Source of the DNA: an uncultured Nitrososphaerota archaeon
GTDB taxonomy: Archaea; Thermoproteota; Nitrososphaeria; Nitrososphaerales; CADDZS01
Length of the DNA stretch: 64,000 bases
Direction of reading: 5' to 3'
Assembly (NCBI GenBank): GCA_963799845.1
Contig: CAWCYI010000006.1
Span: 1,184,001-1,248,000 of the forward strand
Numbering within the stretch: the stretch's first letter is position 1; each line of letters begins with the position of its first letter. The position numbers were made by a program, and so were the translations under genes. The notes under the pieces were generated by a model, which was given only the letters and a program-made list of their open reading frames with translations, was not told where the DNA came from and made no database searches. Shown here piece by piece: positions 40,749 to 50,239 of the stretch.

Positions 40749-40985
40749 TCAAGAATCCTTGGAATGTTGATTGTTGATCTGATGTTTTTCGGATGTCTCA
40801 ACCAGGATCCCTCCAACTGCCATAGCTAAAATTGATATTCCCGTCAATCCCAAAAAAAGTTCCAAATTTTCGCTCGCGGATGCCAAAAAGTAAATTGATG
40901 CGGCGAATCCTAATAGCATGACTACTTTACCAATTAGGAAAGTACTTGGCCACAAAACTCGCTTAATCACCTGATTTAGTCGCAA
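40749..40985 (-). CDS. small membrane protein (2 TM)
   Basis: Two hydrophobic segments; co-oriented with its neighbours. Confidence 0.5.
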   Translation of the reverse strand: MRLNQVIKRVLWPSTFLIGKVVMLLGFAASIYFLASASENLELFLGLTGISILAMAVGGILVETSEKHQINNQHSKDS

Positions 40986-41045
40986 AAGCTACTAAAATTA
41001 ATCACAGAAAGCTCGTTGCTGCTATCGACAGAATCATATTCACCC

Positions 41046-42260
41046 TTATGCGCGTCCCAAGTAATAGATAGCAGTCAATGCATAGCCTTCGGTAATAGTG
41101 ATTAGGTCCTCAATTTTCACCCATTCATTCGGCCCATGAATGTTTGCGGTTGAATCTCCAGGAGACCAAGTAATGGCTGGTATATGTGCGATGTTATTCA
41201 GATAACTGGATGGGCCAATAGGAGGTATCCCTTCAATTGAAGCTGGATGTCCCAATACATCTGTCGCAGCTTTCTGGACAGCAGTTACAACTGGAGAGTC
41301 ATCAGAAACATCGTCCCCCTCTACCCATCTTGTTTCCTTGAATTCCACCCGAAAAGTTGGATCGTTTTTCCTGAGATCTTCTACCGTGGTATCAATTGCT
41401 TTCAGGAGAGTGTCTTTCTTCTGGGTGGGCAGTAGTCTGAAATCTAATGTCGCAGTACAAGATTCGGCAGTCGCCGTGGGAGAGAAACCCCCCTTTATCA
41501 TTGTTCCGAGGCACATCGAAGGACCTTGCGGATGAAGCCTATGGGGTACAAAATCTATTTTTAAATGCTTTAGGGCAACTATCAGATCCGCCATTTTTTC
41601 AACCGCGTTGACTCCATTCCAAGGGAAGGCACTGGGAACGGCCTTTCCTATTGTAGTGGCCTCGAGCTGAAGGAAGGATTTGTGAGAAGTAGTGAGGCTT
41701 AAAGGGCCCTTTAGTGTCGGGCAACCAAGGATTATTGATTCAGCTTCAAGGTAACCGTTTTCCCATAGATATTTGGTTCCAGCATCCCAATTGACCTCCT
41801 CCCCCACGGGTACTGTAATTTGTATGTTACCTGAGAGTTTTATGCCCAAACTAATTAGCAATTTCGCGGCCATGACGGCTGATACGATTCCGGCTTTGCA
41901 ATCTGACGCTCCTCTCGCATAGATCTTGCCGTTTTCAATTTCTGCGCCCCATGGATCGAATTTCCAGAGATCTCTCTTCCCCTCGGCCACGACGTCGTTG
42001 TGAGTGTGAAAACCGAGGGTCTTGTCCCCATTTGTACCTCTCAACCAACTAACAACGTTGGGCCTTCCTTTTTCTCCTTCTACAACGATAGTTTTTTCCA
42101 TTCCAATTGATTGAAGTTCGTCTGCAATGAATTCGGAGCACCGCTTCTCATCTCCGCTTATGCTAGGAATTTTCATTATTCCTTGGGCAAAAGAAATAAT
42201 TTCGTCCCTCATTTTGGCAACTTTGGATTTCACTTCGTATAAATCGTCGGAATGTGTCAT
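41046..42260 (-). CDS. M20-family metallo-amidohydrolase (ArgE/DapE-like)
   Basis: GRPNVV, HNDVV, YARGASDCK, GEE, NAVEK, HGPNE. Confidence 0.92.
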   Translation of the reverse strand: MTHSDDLYEVKSKVAKMRDEIISFAQGIMKIPSISGDEKRCSEFIADELQSIGMEKTIVVEGEKGRPNVVSWLRGTNGDKTLGFHTHNDVVAEGKRDLWKFDPWGAEIENGKIYARGASDCKAGIVSAVMAAKLLISLGIKLSGNIQITVPVGEEVNWDAGTKYLWENGYLEAESIILGCPTLKGPLSLTTSHKSFLQLEATTIGKAVPSAFPWNGVNAVEKMADLIVALKHLKIDFVPHRLHPQGPSMCLGTMIKGGFSPTATAESCTATLDFRLLPTQKKDTLLKAIDTTVEDLRKNDPTFRVEFKETRWVEGDDVSDDSPVVTAVQKAATDVLGHPASIEGIPPIGPSSYLNNIAHIPAITWSPGDSTANIHGPNEWVKIEDLITITEGYALTAIYYLGRA

Positions 42261-42355
42261 GGTTCATTTCGCATGTCTTGCTAGTATTTATCGTCACATT
42301 TGGAGACACAGAACCCTAAGAAATTCTGATGTCGAGACTTCAGCAGACTAGAGCT

Positions 42356-42396
42356 AAAAAGAAAGAGAAAACCGAGTGAAAGCTTAGACTCGGTTT
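42356..42396 (-). terminator. hairpin plus T-rich tract after the SBP gene
   Basis: AAACCGAGT...ACTCGGTTT stem, then TCTCTTTCTTTTT on the minus strand. Confidence 0.6.
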
Positions 42397-42403
42397 CCGT
42401 AAA

Positions 42404-43597
42404 TCACGGTCCAAAAATACCCGTAAATATGTTCGTCCACATTTGAGGATCTGAATATATGGTAGGAGGTCCAGCCGCTACGATTGACGCGTTTGCAGGG
42501 TATGGCCAAAACGAAAGATATTGGCCATTAACAAGAGGAAGGCCACTAGGTGTACCAGATGATGTGAGCGCCAACGCACCCGCATAAGAAGTCATGAATA
42601 ATTCAAACAGCTCCGATGAGTACGGGTGCGGCGCATCCTTGAGGACACCTATTGATGCAGGATCACCATAGGTCGGATCGATGTATTTGTAACCAACTGG
42701 AGGGTGACTGGAAAGACCCCCTGCCACGTCATCAATAAGCGCAATCCCGATTGACACTTGACCAGTAGACACATCTGTGTACGTGTCGCTTGTTCCCTGC
42801 GTAATCATGGGCTGATTTGCTTCTATATTTTTCATTAAAGTAGTCCAGGAAGCGTTGCCCATAGATGGCTCTAGACTAGAGAAAATCGGACCTGCGGTGT
42901 TAAGAGTCGAAGGATCGTCGAACGCTAATTGTCCCTTCCACTGAGGATCAGCGAGCTGTTGCCAACTTGTAGGCAAAGTAGAGTTGTCAGTGATCTTGTT
43001 GGTATTCCAGATCAAAAGCGCTGGATCGTAATAGAAACTCGTCTGATATTGATCGGAACCAGTCCAATTCATAATAGCGATATTGGGGTTATCAAAGGCT
43101 TGGAGTGCACCATTCTGCTCGAGAATTTGCAAGTCGCTTCTAGTGTCTACAATGGAGTCAGCAACGACGTGTCCAGCATCAAATTCGGTGAGGGCTCTTG
43201 AAGCAACATCGCCGAAGCCTAACTGAACATAATTAATAGTGAACCAAGGGAAAGAGGCAAGCATGGCAGCCTCAATTTTCGGAAATACCTGATTTGGACT
43301 GAAGAATGAATAAAGTGTGATTGTTCCGCCTTCGGCTTTAGCTTCGTCCACTAGAGAACCACTGATGTTCACGTTAACGGTTCCCATTGCGGACACTGTT
43401 GTCATAACAGTAGTTGTTCCGCTAGAACCTGGCGCTGTTACTGTTGTTACGCCGCCACCAGACCCCGTCACTGTGAACGTTGAAGTTATGGTCGAAGTCG
43501 ATGAAGGCCCCTTAAGGGTAACAGCATACGCCGACACACCGGCAAGCGCGAGTATTAATACTACAATTAGGGCTAATGCTGATCTGGCTACTGCCAT
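42404..43597 (-). CDS. ABC substrate-binding protein (Fe3+/AfuA-like fold)
   Basis: TM anchor, Thr-rich linker, AKAEGGTITLYS, PTSWQQLADPQWKG, APHP. Confidence 0.88.
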   Translation of the reverse strand: MAVARSALALIVVLILALAGVSAYAVTLKGPSSTSTITSTFTVTGSGGGVTTVTAPGSSGTTTVMTTVSAMGTVNVNISGSLVDEAKAEGGTITLYSFFSPNQVFPKIEAAMLASFPWFTINYVQLGFGDVASRALTEFDAGHVVADSIVDTRSDLQILEQNGALQAFDNPNIAIMNWTGSDQYQTSFYYDPALLIWNTNKITDNSTLPTSWQQLADPQWKGQLAFDDPSTLNTAGPIFSSLEPSMGNASWTTLMKNIEANQPMITQGTSDTYTDVSTGQVSIGIALIDDVAGGLSSHPPVGYKYIDPTYGDPASIGVLKDAPHPYSSELFELFMTSYAGALALTSSGTPSGLPLVNGQYLSFWPYPANASIVAAGPPTIYSDPQMWTNIFTGIFGP

Positions 43598-43694
43598 AAG
43601 TCGGCAAGAAGATTAGAGACTTTTATACTTTTAGTGCGCAGAAAGCAAAAACATCGCAGTGATTGTGATTCAGACTAAACTAATTTGTGAAATG

Positions 43695-43712
43695 TCTGTC
43701 GGTACCGACTAA
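43695..43712. repeat. 18-nt exact repeat, copy 2 (TCTGTCGGTACCGACTAA)
   Basis: Intergenic between the permease and SBP; identical to 23123-23140. Confidence 0.6.
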
Positions 43713-43784
43713 AATCTATGCATAAAATCTTTTTTTAGGCAATGAAGTTCTAGCTTACGTCTTTGCGAACGAGAATTGCTTCAA

Positions 43785-45467
43785 TCATATTAGAACGACC
43801 TTTCTCTTTGACAACACCCGTATGACTGTGATCGCGCCCATCAGCATCAAACACATGAGAACAGACATCGCGGCAACAACGGGCAATGTTCCTCCACTAC
43901 TTGAGTAAGTTGTCAGGATTAGTGTACTGAGAAGAAGAGAAGAGGGCGTTGAAAGCAGGATAACGACTCCGATCTCCTTGAAAGAGTCGACGAACATGTA
44001 TAGAAACGAATTGACAACAGCGGGCCTAAGAAGCGGAAAGAGCACACGCACCATGGTCCCACTCCACCGCGATCCAGCAACACTTGCAGATTCTTCTAAC
44101 TCGTCAGCGAGTTGAACAAGGTTGTTCGCAGCAAACCGAATCGTGTACGGCAACCATACAACTATTAGGGCTAGTAACATGACCCAGATGGTTCCATAAA
44201 GTTCATTGAGACCAGGTAAAACTAGGAACATCCAAATCAATCCAATAGAATATACAATCCCAGGAAAAGCAAGGGGGAGGTTGCTAAGGTAATTCAGGAT
44301 CGCTTTTCCTCTATTCTTTCCTTTTATTAGGGCATATGCCATTATCGTTCCGAGCAATGTCGAAAGAGCAGCAGCGACGGTGGAGATTTCAAAACTGTTG
44401 AAGACGGCTTCTCGAAATGAGATAGTCTCCAGTGCATTTACAAAATTTGTCAGTGTCAATCCACTAGACAATGGTCCGATTCCAGGTGCTATTGTGTAGA
44501 ATCGAACCAGTGAGACTAAGACCAACGTACCGAACGGAAAGAAAAATACAATTGTTATAATCGCAACACAAATAGCGAATGCAACCCATTTCCATTTTCC
44601 CAAGTCGAACAATGTCGCAGTGCTTGCCTTCCCCGTCACAGTGACGAAACGATAAGACCTTCGGACAGCGAAGAGGTAGAGGCTAATGAGAATTAACGTC
44701 AGAATAAGATAAATGAGTCCGTAAGCCGCGGCTAGGCTGTACTGAGCCGTTACATCCATCAAGAGATACACTTGAGTCGCTAAGTTTGCAACGTGAACGC
44801 TGGCTCCGAGGATGAATGGGTATTCAAAGAGACCCACAACAAATAACATGCTAAGGAGTGAAACAGCTAGAATAGTAGGCGTTATTAGAGGGAGGGTTAT
44901 ATGACGCAATGTTCTTAGAGCACCGCCACCGCAAACTTGGCAAGCCTCTTCGAGCGAGGGGTCGATGGACTGTAGAGCCGACTCCATCATTAGAAACGCG
45001 AAGGGAATTGCCCCAGCTGCGGTGGCGAATATAAGACCCGCCATACTGAAAATATCGAAGGGTGCAGTGGAAGATCTTGTAATTGACTCCAGACCTAAAT
45101 TCAACAGACCTATTTGTGGACTAAGTAAGAATATCCATGCTATTGCAGCCACAAAGTTTGGCAAGATCAAAGGAAAGATGGGAAGCAATCTCAGGAATCT
45201 TTTCCCAGGGAGAGATGTCCTAACGACTAGCCAAGCATAGGGGGCAGACAGGCCAATTGCAAGAACAACAGTGCCGACTGCATATTCTAGGGTTCCTTCC
45301 AGAAGAACTGGAGTTCTAGGAGACGAAAAGACCTGAATCAAGAATGAGAGAGTATAATGCGTTGACCTGAAATTTGGTACAAGGCTTCCGTAGACTAAGA
45401 AGATTAAGGGAGTCACAAAGAAAACAGAGATCGCGAGGAAAATTGATGTTGGGATCTTGGTTCCCAT
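43785..45467 (-). CDS. ABC permease (FbpB/AfuB-type, duplicated domain)
   Basis: IDPSLEEA...ITLPL and ELEESA...VLFPLL repeats; FVTVTGK. Confidence 0.92.
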   Translation of the reverse strand: MGTKIPTSIFLAISVFFVTPLIFLVYGSLVPNFRSTHYTLSFLIQVFSSPRTPVLLEGTLEYAVGTVVLAIGLSAPYAWLVVRTSLPGKRFLRLLPIFPLILPNFVAAIAWIFLLSPQIGLLNLGLESITRSSTAPFDIFSMAGLIFATAAGAIPFAFLMMESALQSIDPSLEEACQVCGGGALRTLRHITLPLITPTILAVSLLSMLFVVGLFEYPFILGASVHVANLATQVYLLMDVTAQYSLAAAYGLIYLILTLILISLYLFAVRRSYRFVTVTGKASTATLFDLGKWKWVAFAICVAIITIVFFFPFGTLVLVSLVRFYTIAPGIGPLSSGLTLTNFVNALETISFREAVFNSFEISTVAAALSTLLGTIMAYALIKGKNRGKAILNYLSNLPLAFPGIVYSIGLIWMFLVLPGLNELYGTIWVMLLALIVVWLPYTIRFAANNLVQLADELEESASVAGSRWSGTMVRVLFPLLRPAVVNSFLYMFVDSFKEIGVVILLSTPSSLLLSTLILTTYSSSGGTLPVVAAMSVLMCLMLMGAITVIRVLSKRKVVLI

Positions 45468-45560
45468 TATCCCATTCCCCGCTTTGCTCGCCCGTAATAT
45501 TACGCCATAATAACCTTTTTTGAGACTTTCAATACCATCCGAAGATTTCCCCTTGACTGG

Positions 45561-46472
45561 TTAGGTGTATTTGATAAAATTAGTGACAATCTCATTGAAT
45601 TCATCAGGGTGCTCCCTAAATGAATAATGACCCGCGCAATTAAAAACGTGGAACTGGCATCGAGAAGCATGCCGACTGACGTTATCGAACAATTCCCACC
45701 CGCGTCTCACAGGGGCAGAAGGATCGTTCATTCCCCATAAAATGAGGGTAGGAACTTTGAGTTCGCCATTCTTGATTGCTCTAGTAATCTCAATCTTGCT
45801 CCTCTCCAGTTCGGGGAAGAACACGCGATCATAAAGCGACTCCATCTTTAGTTTAATAGTCCTCGTCTTCGGGAGTGTTGCGATTTCGTACATCTCGTCA
45901 ACAAAATCGTCAGTGATGTGAACAGTAGAATACGAATTTGCGATAGCCTCCCGTTTCACAGTTTCACGGGTTTCGCCCTCACCATCTTTGAGTCCAACCT
46001 TACTGTAAAAAGTTCTTCCAGCATCAAAATTGGGATCGTAGGGGGAAAGCGTATTAGTGTCAATGACTATCAAGCTCTTAATTGACTTAGGGCGTCTAAG
46101 AGCCAAACTTGCAGCGACAAAAGCCCCGCGTGAATGTCCAATTAAACTAACTTCGCCCAAATCTAATCTATCCAAAAATCTCTCGGCGTGACTAATTGTA
46201 GCTGACATTGTATGGTCTTCATTTGAGACGGGATTGTCTGTGTATCCCATTCCTAGTCGATCGAAGGCATAAACATGGAAGGACTTACTCAAAAAAGGCC
46301 AGTTGAGATTCCAGGAATAAGCGCTGTAATAGAGGCCGAAGTGTCCACCATGAATCAACACAATTGGTTCTCCCTCGCCCTTTTCAAAAAACCTAGTCTC
46401 TAATCCTCCCACGTTAACGAAATTTCCATCCACTGACCAATTGCATCGCCTCCTTTCTAGAATTTGTAACAT
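45561..46472 (-). CDS. alpha/beta-fold hydrolase
   Basis: LIHGG, GHSRG nucleophile elbow, WGMND, AGHY.FREHP. Confidence 0.92.
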   Translation of the reverse strand: MLQILERRRCNWSVDGNFVNVGGLETRFFEKGEGEPIVLIHGGHFGLYYSAYSWNLNWPFLSKSFHVYAFDRLGMGYTDNPVSNEDHTMSATISHAERFLDRLDLGEVSLIGHSRGAFVAASLALRRPKSIKSLIVIDTNTLSPYDPNFDAGRTFYSKVGLKDGEGETRETVKREAIANSYSTVHITDDFVDEMYEIATLPKTRTIKLKMESLYDRVFFPELERSKIEITRAIKNGELKVPTLILWGMNDPSAPVRRGWELFDNVSRHASRCQFHVFNCAGHYSFREHPDEFNEIVTNFIKYT

Positions 46473-46604
46473 CCATTCAAATTCGGATTTTTTTTAGCTT
46501 GCTAATATGTGGTCATAAAATAATTTTACTGTTCAAAAAATACAATTTTAAGATGAATATTCCTACAAAAAATATATCAAGAGTCGACAGATGCGTACGC
46601 TCAT

Positions 46605-47517
46605 TTGATAGTCGATATTCATGCTCATCATATTAATCCTCAGCTAGACACGTCTCCTCCGCTCTGTAGGCAGCCTGCTCTAATTATTCAATCTCGGTCT
46701 GAATCGAAGACTGATGTCATTGTTCTGAGCGACCCCTTCATATTGAAGCAAGCGGACGACGCAAATCTACATAGGCTAAAGGCGATACAGATGTCACATA
46801 GCTATTTCGCGGAATTTTGTAAATTAAATGATGAATATTTTCGCTACTTTGCATACGCTTATCCTCATACGAAAAGTGATTATTCAAAAGAACTGATCCG
46901 AGCTTTAGACAATCGATATTGTGTTGGTCTATTAATGAACTCAAACGTAGACGGAAAATATCCAGACTCGAAGAATTTTCGTGAAATCTTTGAAATCGCA
47001 TCAGATAAGAGGTTGCCCATTTTCATTCATCCAAACTTTAAGAGTATAGGTTATGAGAATCTTCTCGAGTACCACTTACTCTCCATACTTGGACGCCCTA
47101 CCGACGTCTCACTGGCAGCATTTAGGATGATTCTCTCAGGGGTTCTCGAAGAGTTTAGGCGACTCAAAATAATCTGTAGCTGATGGTGGAGGTGCGTTGA
47201 CAATGCTAAAATTAAGACTTGATAACCAGTGCGATACACCAAGGCATAAGTCAGAACAAAAGTACAATTTCAGTTTGACCAAGCCTCCGAGTGAATATTT
47301 CAAATCATTTTATGTCGACACTACAACTATGTCATCTGAGGCAATCCTCAATACTCTGAATGTGTTAGGGGAAGACCATGTTTTGCTGGGAACTGATTTT
47401 CCTCCTGGATCAATTTCGCCCAAACAATACCTTCACTTAATAGACGGCCTTCCCGTTTCCAAAGAGATCAAATCAGGAATTAAAGGCAAGAATGCAGAAA
47501 AACTACTCAGAATTTGA
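46605..47517 (+). CDS. amidohydrolase-2 (ACMSD-like decarboxylase/hydratase), one +1 frameshift (~47175)
   Basis: IVDIHAH, PIFIHP, corrected VADGGG, FYVDT, LLGTDFP, NAEKLL. Confidence 0.8.
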
Positions 47518-47566
47518 TATGCGGAGCTGCGTTAGACTCTAGCACGCCAGTCAAACAATTAGAGTA

Positions 47567-48541
47567 CTATTTTTGACTCTTAGCGATTCCACTCAAAATC
47601 GAAAGGCATGACCCCGTGTACTCTAAAGGTATTCCATCCGTCATGAGTTCGTCCACGTCTGAAAGGTTGGAAGTCTTTGCAAATGAACTCATTATTTGAA
47701 TCATTTCGCTCGGCTTAGGAACCAAAGAAAAATCGGAGAAAGTGATCGCGAGATATGTAAGTATCCCGTACACACCCCAGTCACACATTGTGCTGACAAC
47801 CAAATGATCGCATGATATTGATGTGATTATTCCTGATTTGCAAGGACAAGCGCAAACCATTTCTGATGGAATGACGCTGCCTATGACATCCTGGATGTTT
47901 CCCATGCCTACATCATTTCCAAGATCGGCGACCGCGACTGTGGGGGTACGCATTTCCCTTGCAACTTCGAAGAGGGAATCGCTCCATGAGACGAATGATG
48001 TCAACCTTTTTCCAAACGCAGTGTGATATTCACCGACAGAATTTCTTCCAGGTTTTTCGCTTGCTATGATTATCCCGGGCGAGTGCAAAGAAAGAATGTC
48101 AGAACATTGGTCTTTCACATCGCGATCTTTTGGCAGTTCGAGAATTGTTATCCTACTTTCATCGAAATCACCTGCCATCCCTCCGACGATGCTCGATTTC
48201 ATGATTGGACCGAGTCCGAGATCGGTTACAACTATTGCCTCGAGACCAAACTTTCCGGTGAGTCTGCGTATCATAGAAGCAATTCCGACCGGTCCATCAG
48301 AGTGAACTGCAGGCTTTTCTTTTGAAAAAGGGGAAGGAACTGGGAATCCTGTCAATAAGAGAACCGGGGCCTTTCTTCTCACCACTTCCTCTATCGCCTT
48401 CCCTGCTGAATAACACAATGGGAGTTCGTCTTGGTTCCTTGCCATTGAATAGAGCTTAGGGATAATTCCGTAAGAAGGCAAGTCAACGGTCGTGACCCTG
48501 TCGATAGCCTCACAGGCGTTCAATGCATTTGGTTGGAACAA
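47567..48541 (-). CDS. DUF4392 / D-glutamate cyclase-like protein
   Basis: LLTGFP, SDGPVG, EKPGRN..G.YH, DLGNDVGMG, CACPC, DWGVYG. Confidence 0.8.
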   Translation of the reverse strand: MFQPNALNACEAIDRVTTVDLPSYGIIPKLYSMARNQDELPLCYSAGKAIEEVVRRKAPVLLLTGFPVPSPFSKEKPAVHSDGPVGIASMIRRLTGKFGLEAIVVTDLGLGPIMKSSIVGGMAGDFDESRITILELPKDRDVKDQCSDILSLHSPGIIIASEKPGRNSVGEYHTAFGKRLTSFVSWSDSLFEVAREMRTPTVAVADLGNDVGMGNIQDVIGSVIPSEMVCACPCKSGIITSISCDHLVVSTMCDWGVYGILTYLAITFSDFSLVPKPSEMIQIMSSFAKTSNLSDVDELMTDGIPLEYTGSCLSILSGIAKSQK

Positions 48542-48675
48542 CTAGCTAGCGCAAGCTCCTAGAGAAGCGTATCTGGATTCAGCGTATTTTTCATTTTATT
48601 CAGTTTAAGAATTTCAGCGAAGCTTTCTCTTATCCTTATTCTTATATTGCCTCGGGATATTCAGCTTCGAGATAA

Positions 48676-49788
48676 GTGGTTGAGGGTTCATTGAGTGCGG
48701 TAACGGGAGGTTATCCTGGATTTCAAACACAAAGTCCGTACGTACTTCCACTATTGCTTGAATCCACAAGGAACTGTGTAGAAAATTTTTGCAAAGTGAA
48801 AGAAGGGGAAAACGTCCTAATTATAAGTGAATTCGATTCAGATCCTCTTGTTGTTTCTGCCTTCGCTGCTTCAGCTCAACAGATGAAAGCAAATGTAGCT
48901 ATAGTCTCGACAACTCCATTCAGTGCTGGAGGTTGGATGAAGGGAGGACCCAACAAAATGGTTGTTGGCGCCTTCGAAAATTCGGATGTAGTCATTTCCT
49001 GCTCATACTTTGAATTTGCCCACAATGAATTCACCTTCTTCAACAAGATCTTCAGTGGCAAGTACAGAGTCTGTTCTGTATTGACTGCTGCTAGCTCCGG
49101 ATGTCTAATTTCAGCTGGAAGGTTCCCGATACCACTTTTCACTGAAATCGGGGAGAGAGCACGTAAATTGATAGAGAATGCGCAGAAGATCAGAATTCTA
49201 ACGGATTCAGGTTCCGATCTTACATTCGAAGGACCGAAAGGAGTTAGATACAGCATGCCGCTGCAACCCGGGACGTGGGATAATTTCCCTCCGATGGGAA
49301 TAAACCAATATCCCACGAAAGCAAATGGCGTTATAGTATTTGATGAATCGACTATCACAGGTAAACCGTCTTCTCCAATGAAGATTGACATAGAGGACAA
49401 CTTCGCTACAGGCATTGAAGGTGGATCAGGTGCGGAAAGAAATGCGATAGAGTCTTTTGCAAATGGGAAATTGGCTGTAAGACACCTCATGATTGGTCTG
49501 AACCCAAAGGTGAGGATGGTGAATGCACCTCAATTCGAAAGAGCTAGGGCAGCAGGGACAGCCCACCTAGGCCTTGATGGGACAGGTTCTTCGACAACTC
49601 TTGATCGCAGCAAACCAGGGTTTTCTCACCTCGACATGATTATGGATACACCTACGATATGGGTTGACGAGAAATTATTTGTGAAGGATAGAAGATTGCT
49701 GATTTTGGACGATCCGGAGCTCATCGCCATTGCTAAACAGTATGGCGATCCTAAGAAAGTGCTGGCGCAAAATCCATTTCTGTGGTAG
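48676..49788 (+). CDS. M29-fold / NicX-like protein, putative non-haem Fe(II) ring-cleavage dioxygenase
   Basis: VKEGENVLII, GSDLTF, ANGVIVFD, RHLMIGLNP, GTAHLG, SHLD. Confidence 0.7.
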   Translation: MVEGSLSAVTGGYPGFQTQSPYVLPLLLESTRNCVENFCKVKEGENVLIISEFDSDPLVVSAFAASAQQMKANVAIVSTTPFSAGGWMKGGPNKMVVGAFENSDVVISCSYFEFAHNEFTFFNKIFSGKYRVCSVLTAASSGCLISAGRFPIPLFTEIGERARKLIENAQKIRILTDSGSDLTFEGPKGVRYSMPLQPGTWDNFPPMGINQYPTKANGVIVFDESTITGKPSSPMKIDIEDNFATGIEGGSGAERNAIESFANGKLAVRHLMIGLNPKVRMVNAPQFERARAAGTAHLGLDGTGSSTTLDRSKPGFSHLDMIMDTPTIWVDEKLFVKDRRLLILDDPELIAIAKQYGDPKKVLAQNPFLW

Positions 49789-49795
49789 ACAAGAG

Positions 49796-50239
49796 CTATT
49801 TCGAAAGTGGACGGAATTTTGCAATAGAAACCCCGTTTATCGGCTCAAAATAAGCCTCTACTTTCAAACCGATCTGAATCTTATCTAATGGCAAATCCAT
49901 TACTTGAGCGACCATCCTGACACCTTCGTCGAGATCTAGGATTGCCAAGGCGTATGGAATCTCCTTTTCGAAAGCAGGACTGTTCATAACTACCTCTTTG
50001 ATAATAGTGAAAGAGTGTATCACTCCCTTACCCGAACATTTCAGCCAAGTAAGATCTCTTTTGCCACACTCTTCACAAGCTGTTCTCGGGTACCATTGCT
50101 TATGGTGACAGATAGAGCACTCCTGAATCATAAGATCACCTCTTTTCGTAGCATCCCAAAAAGCGGCAGTGAAGGGGAAAATAGTGGGGAGTGGCTTCGA
50201 GGGAGCACGCTTCGAATCAGAATTATGTGGCTGGCTCAA
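49796..50239 (-). CDS. DUF35 Zn-ribbon/OB-fold protein
   Basis: FWDA...LMIQECSIC....YPR..CEECG, PYALAILDLDEGVRM. Confidence 0.93.
   Translation of the reverse strand: MSQPHNSDSKRAPSKPLPTIFPFTAAFWDATKRGDLMIQECSICHHKQWYPRTACEECGKRDLTWLKCSGKGVIHSFTIIKEVVMNSPAFEKEIPYALAILDLDEGVRMVAQVMDLPLDKIQIGLKVEAYFEPINGVSIAKFRPLSK

Noticed and set aside
40634-40816. N-terminal extension of the KNTase-like ORF
   Set aside because: Contains the likely TATA box and overlaps the upstream ORF; similarity to KNTase starts at about 40633.
12326-47517. Programmed ribosomal frameshifting at the split genes
   Set aside because: No shared slippery heptamer or downstream structure seen; these enzyme families are not known to need recoding; single-base indel errors explain them more simply.
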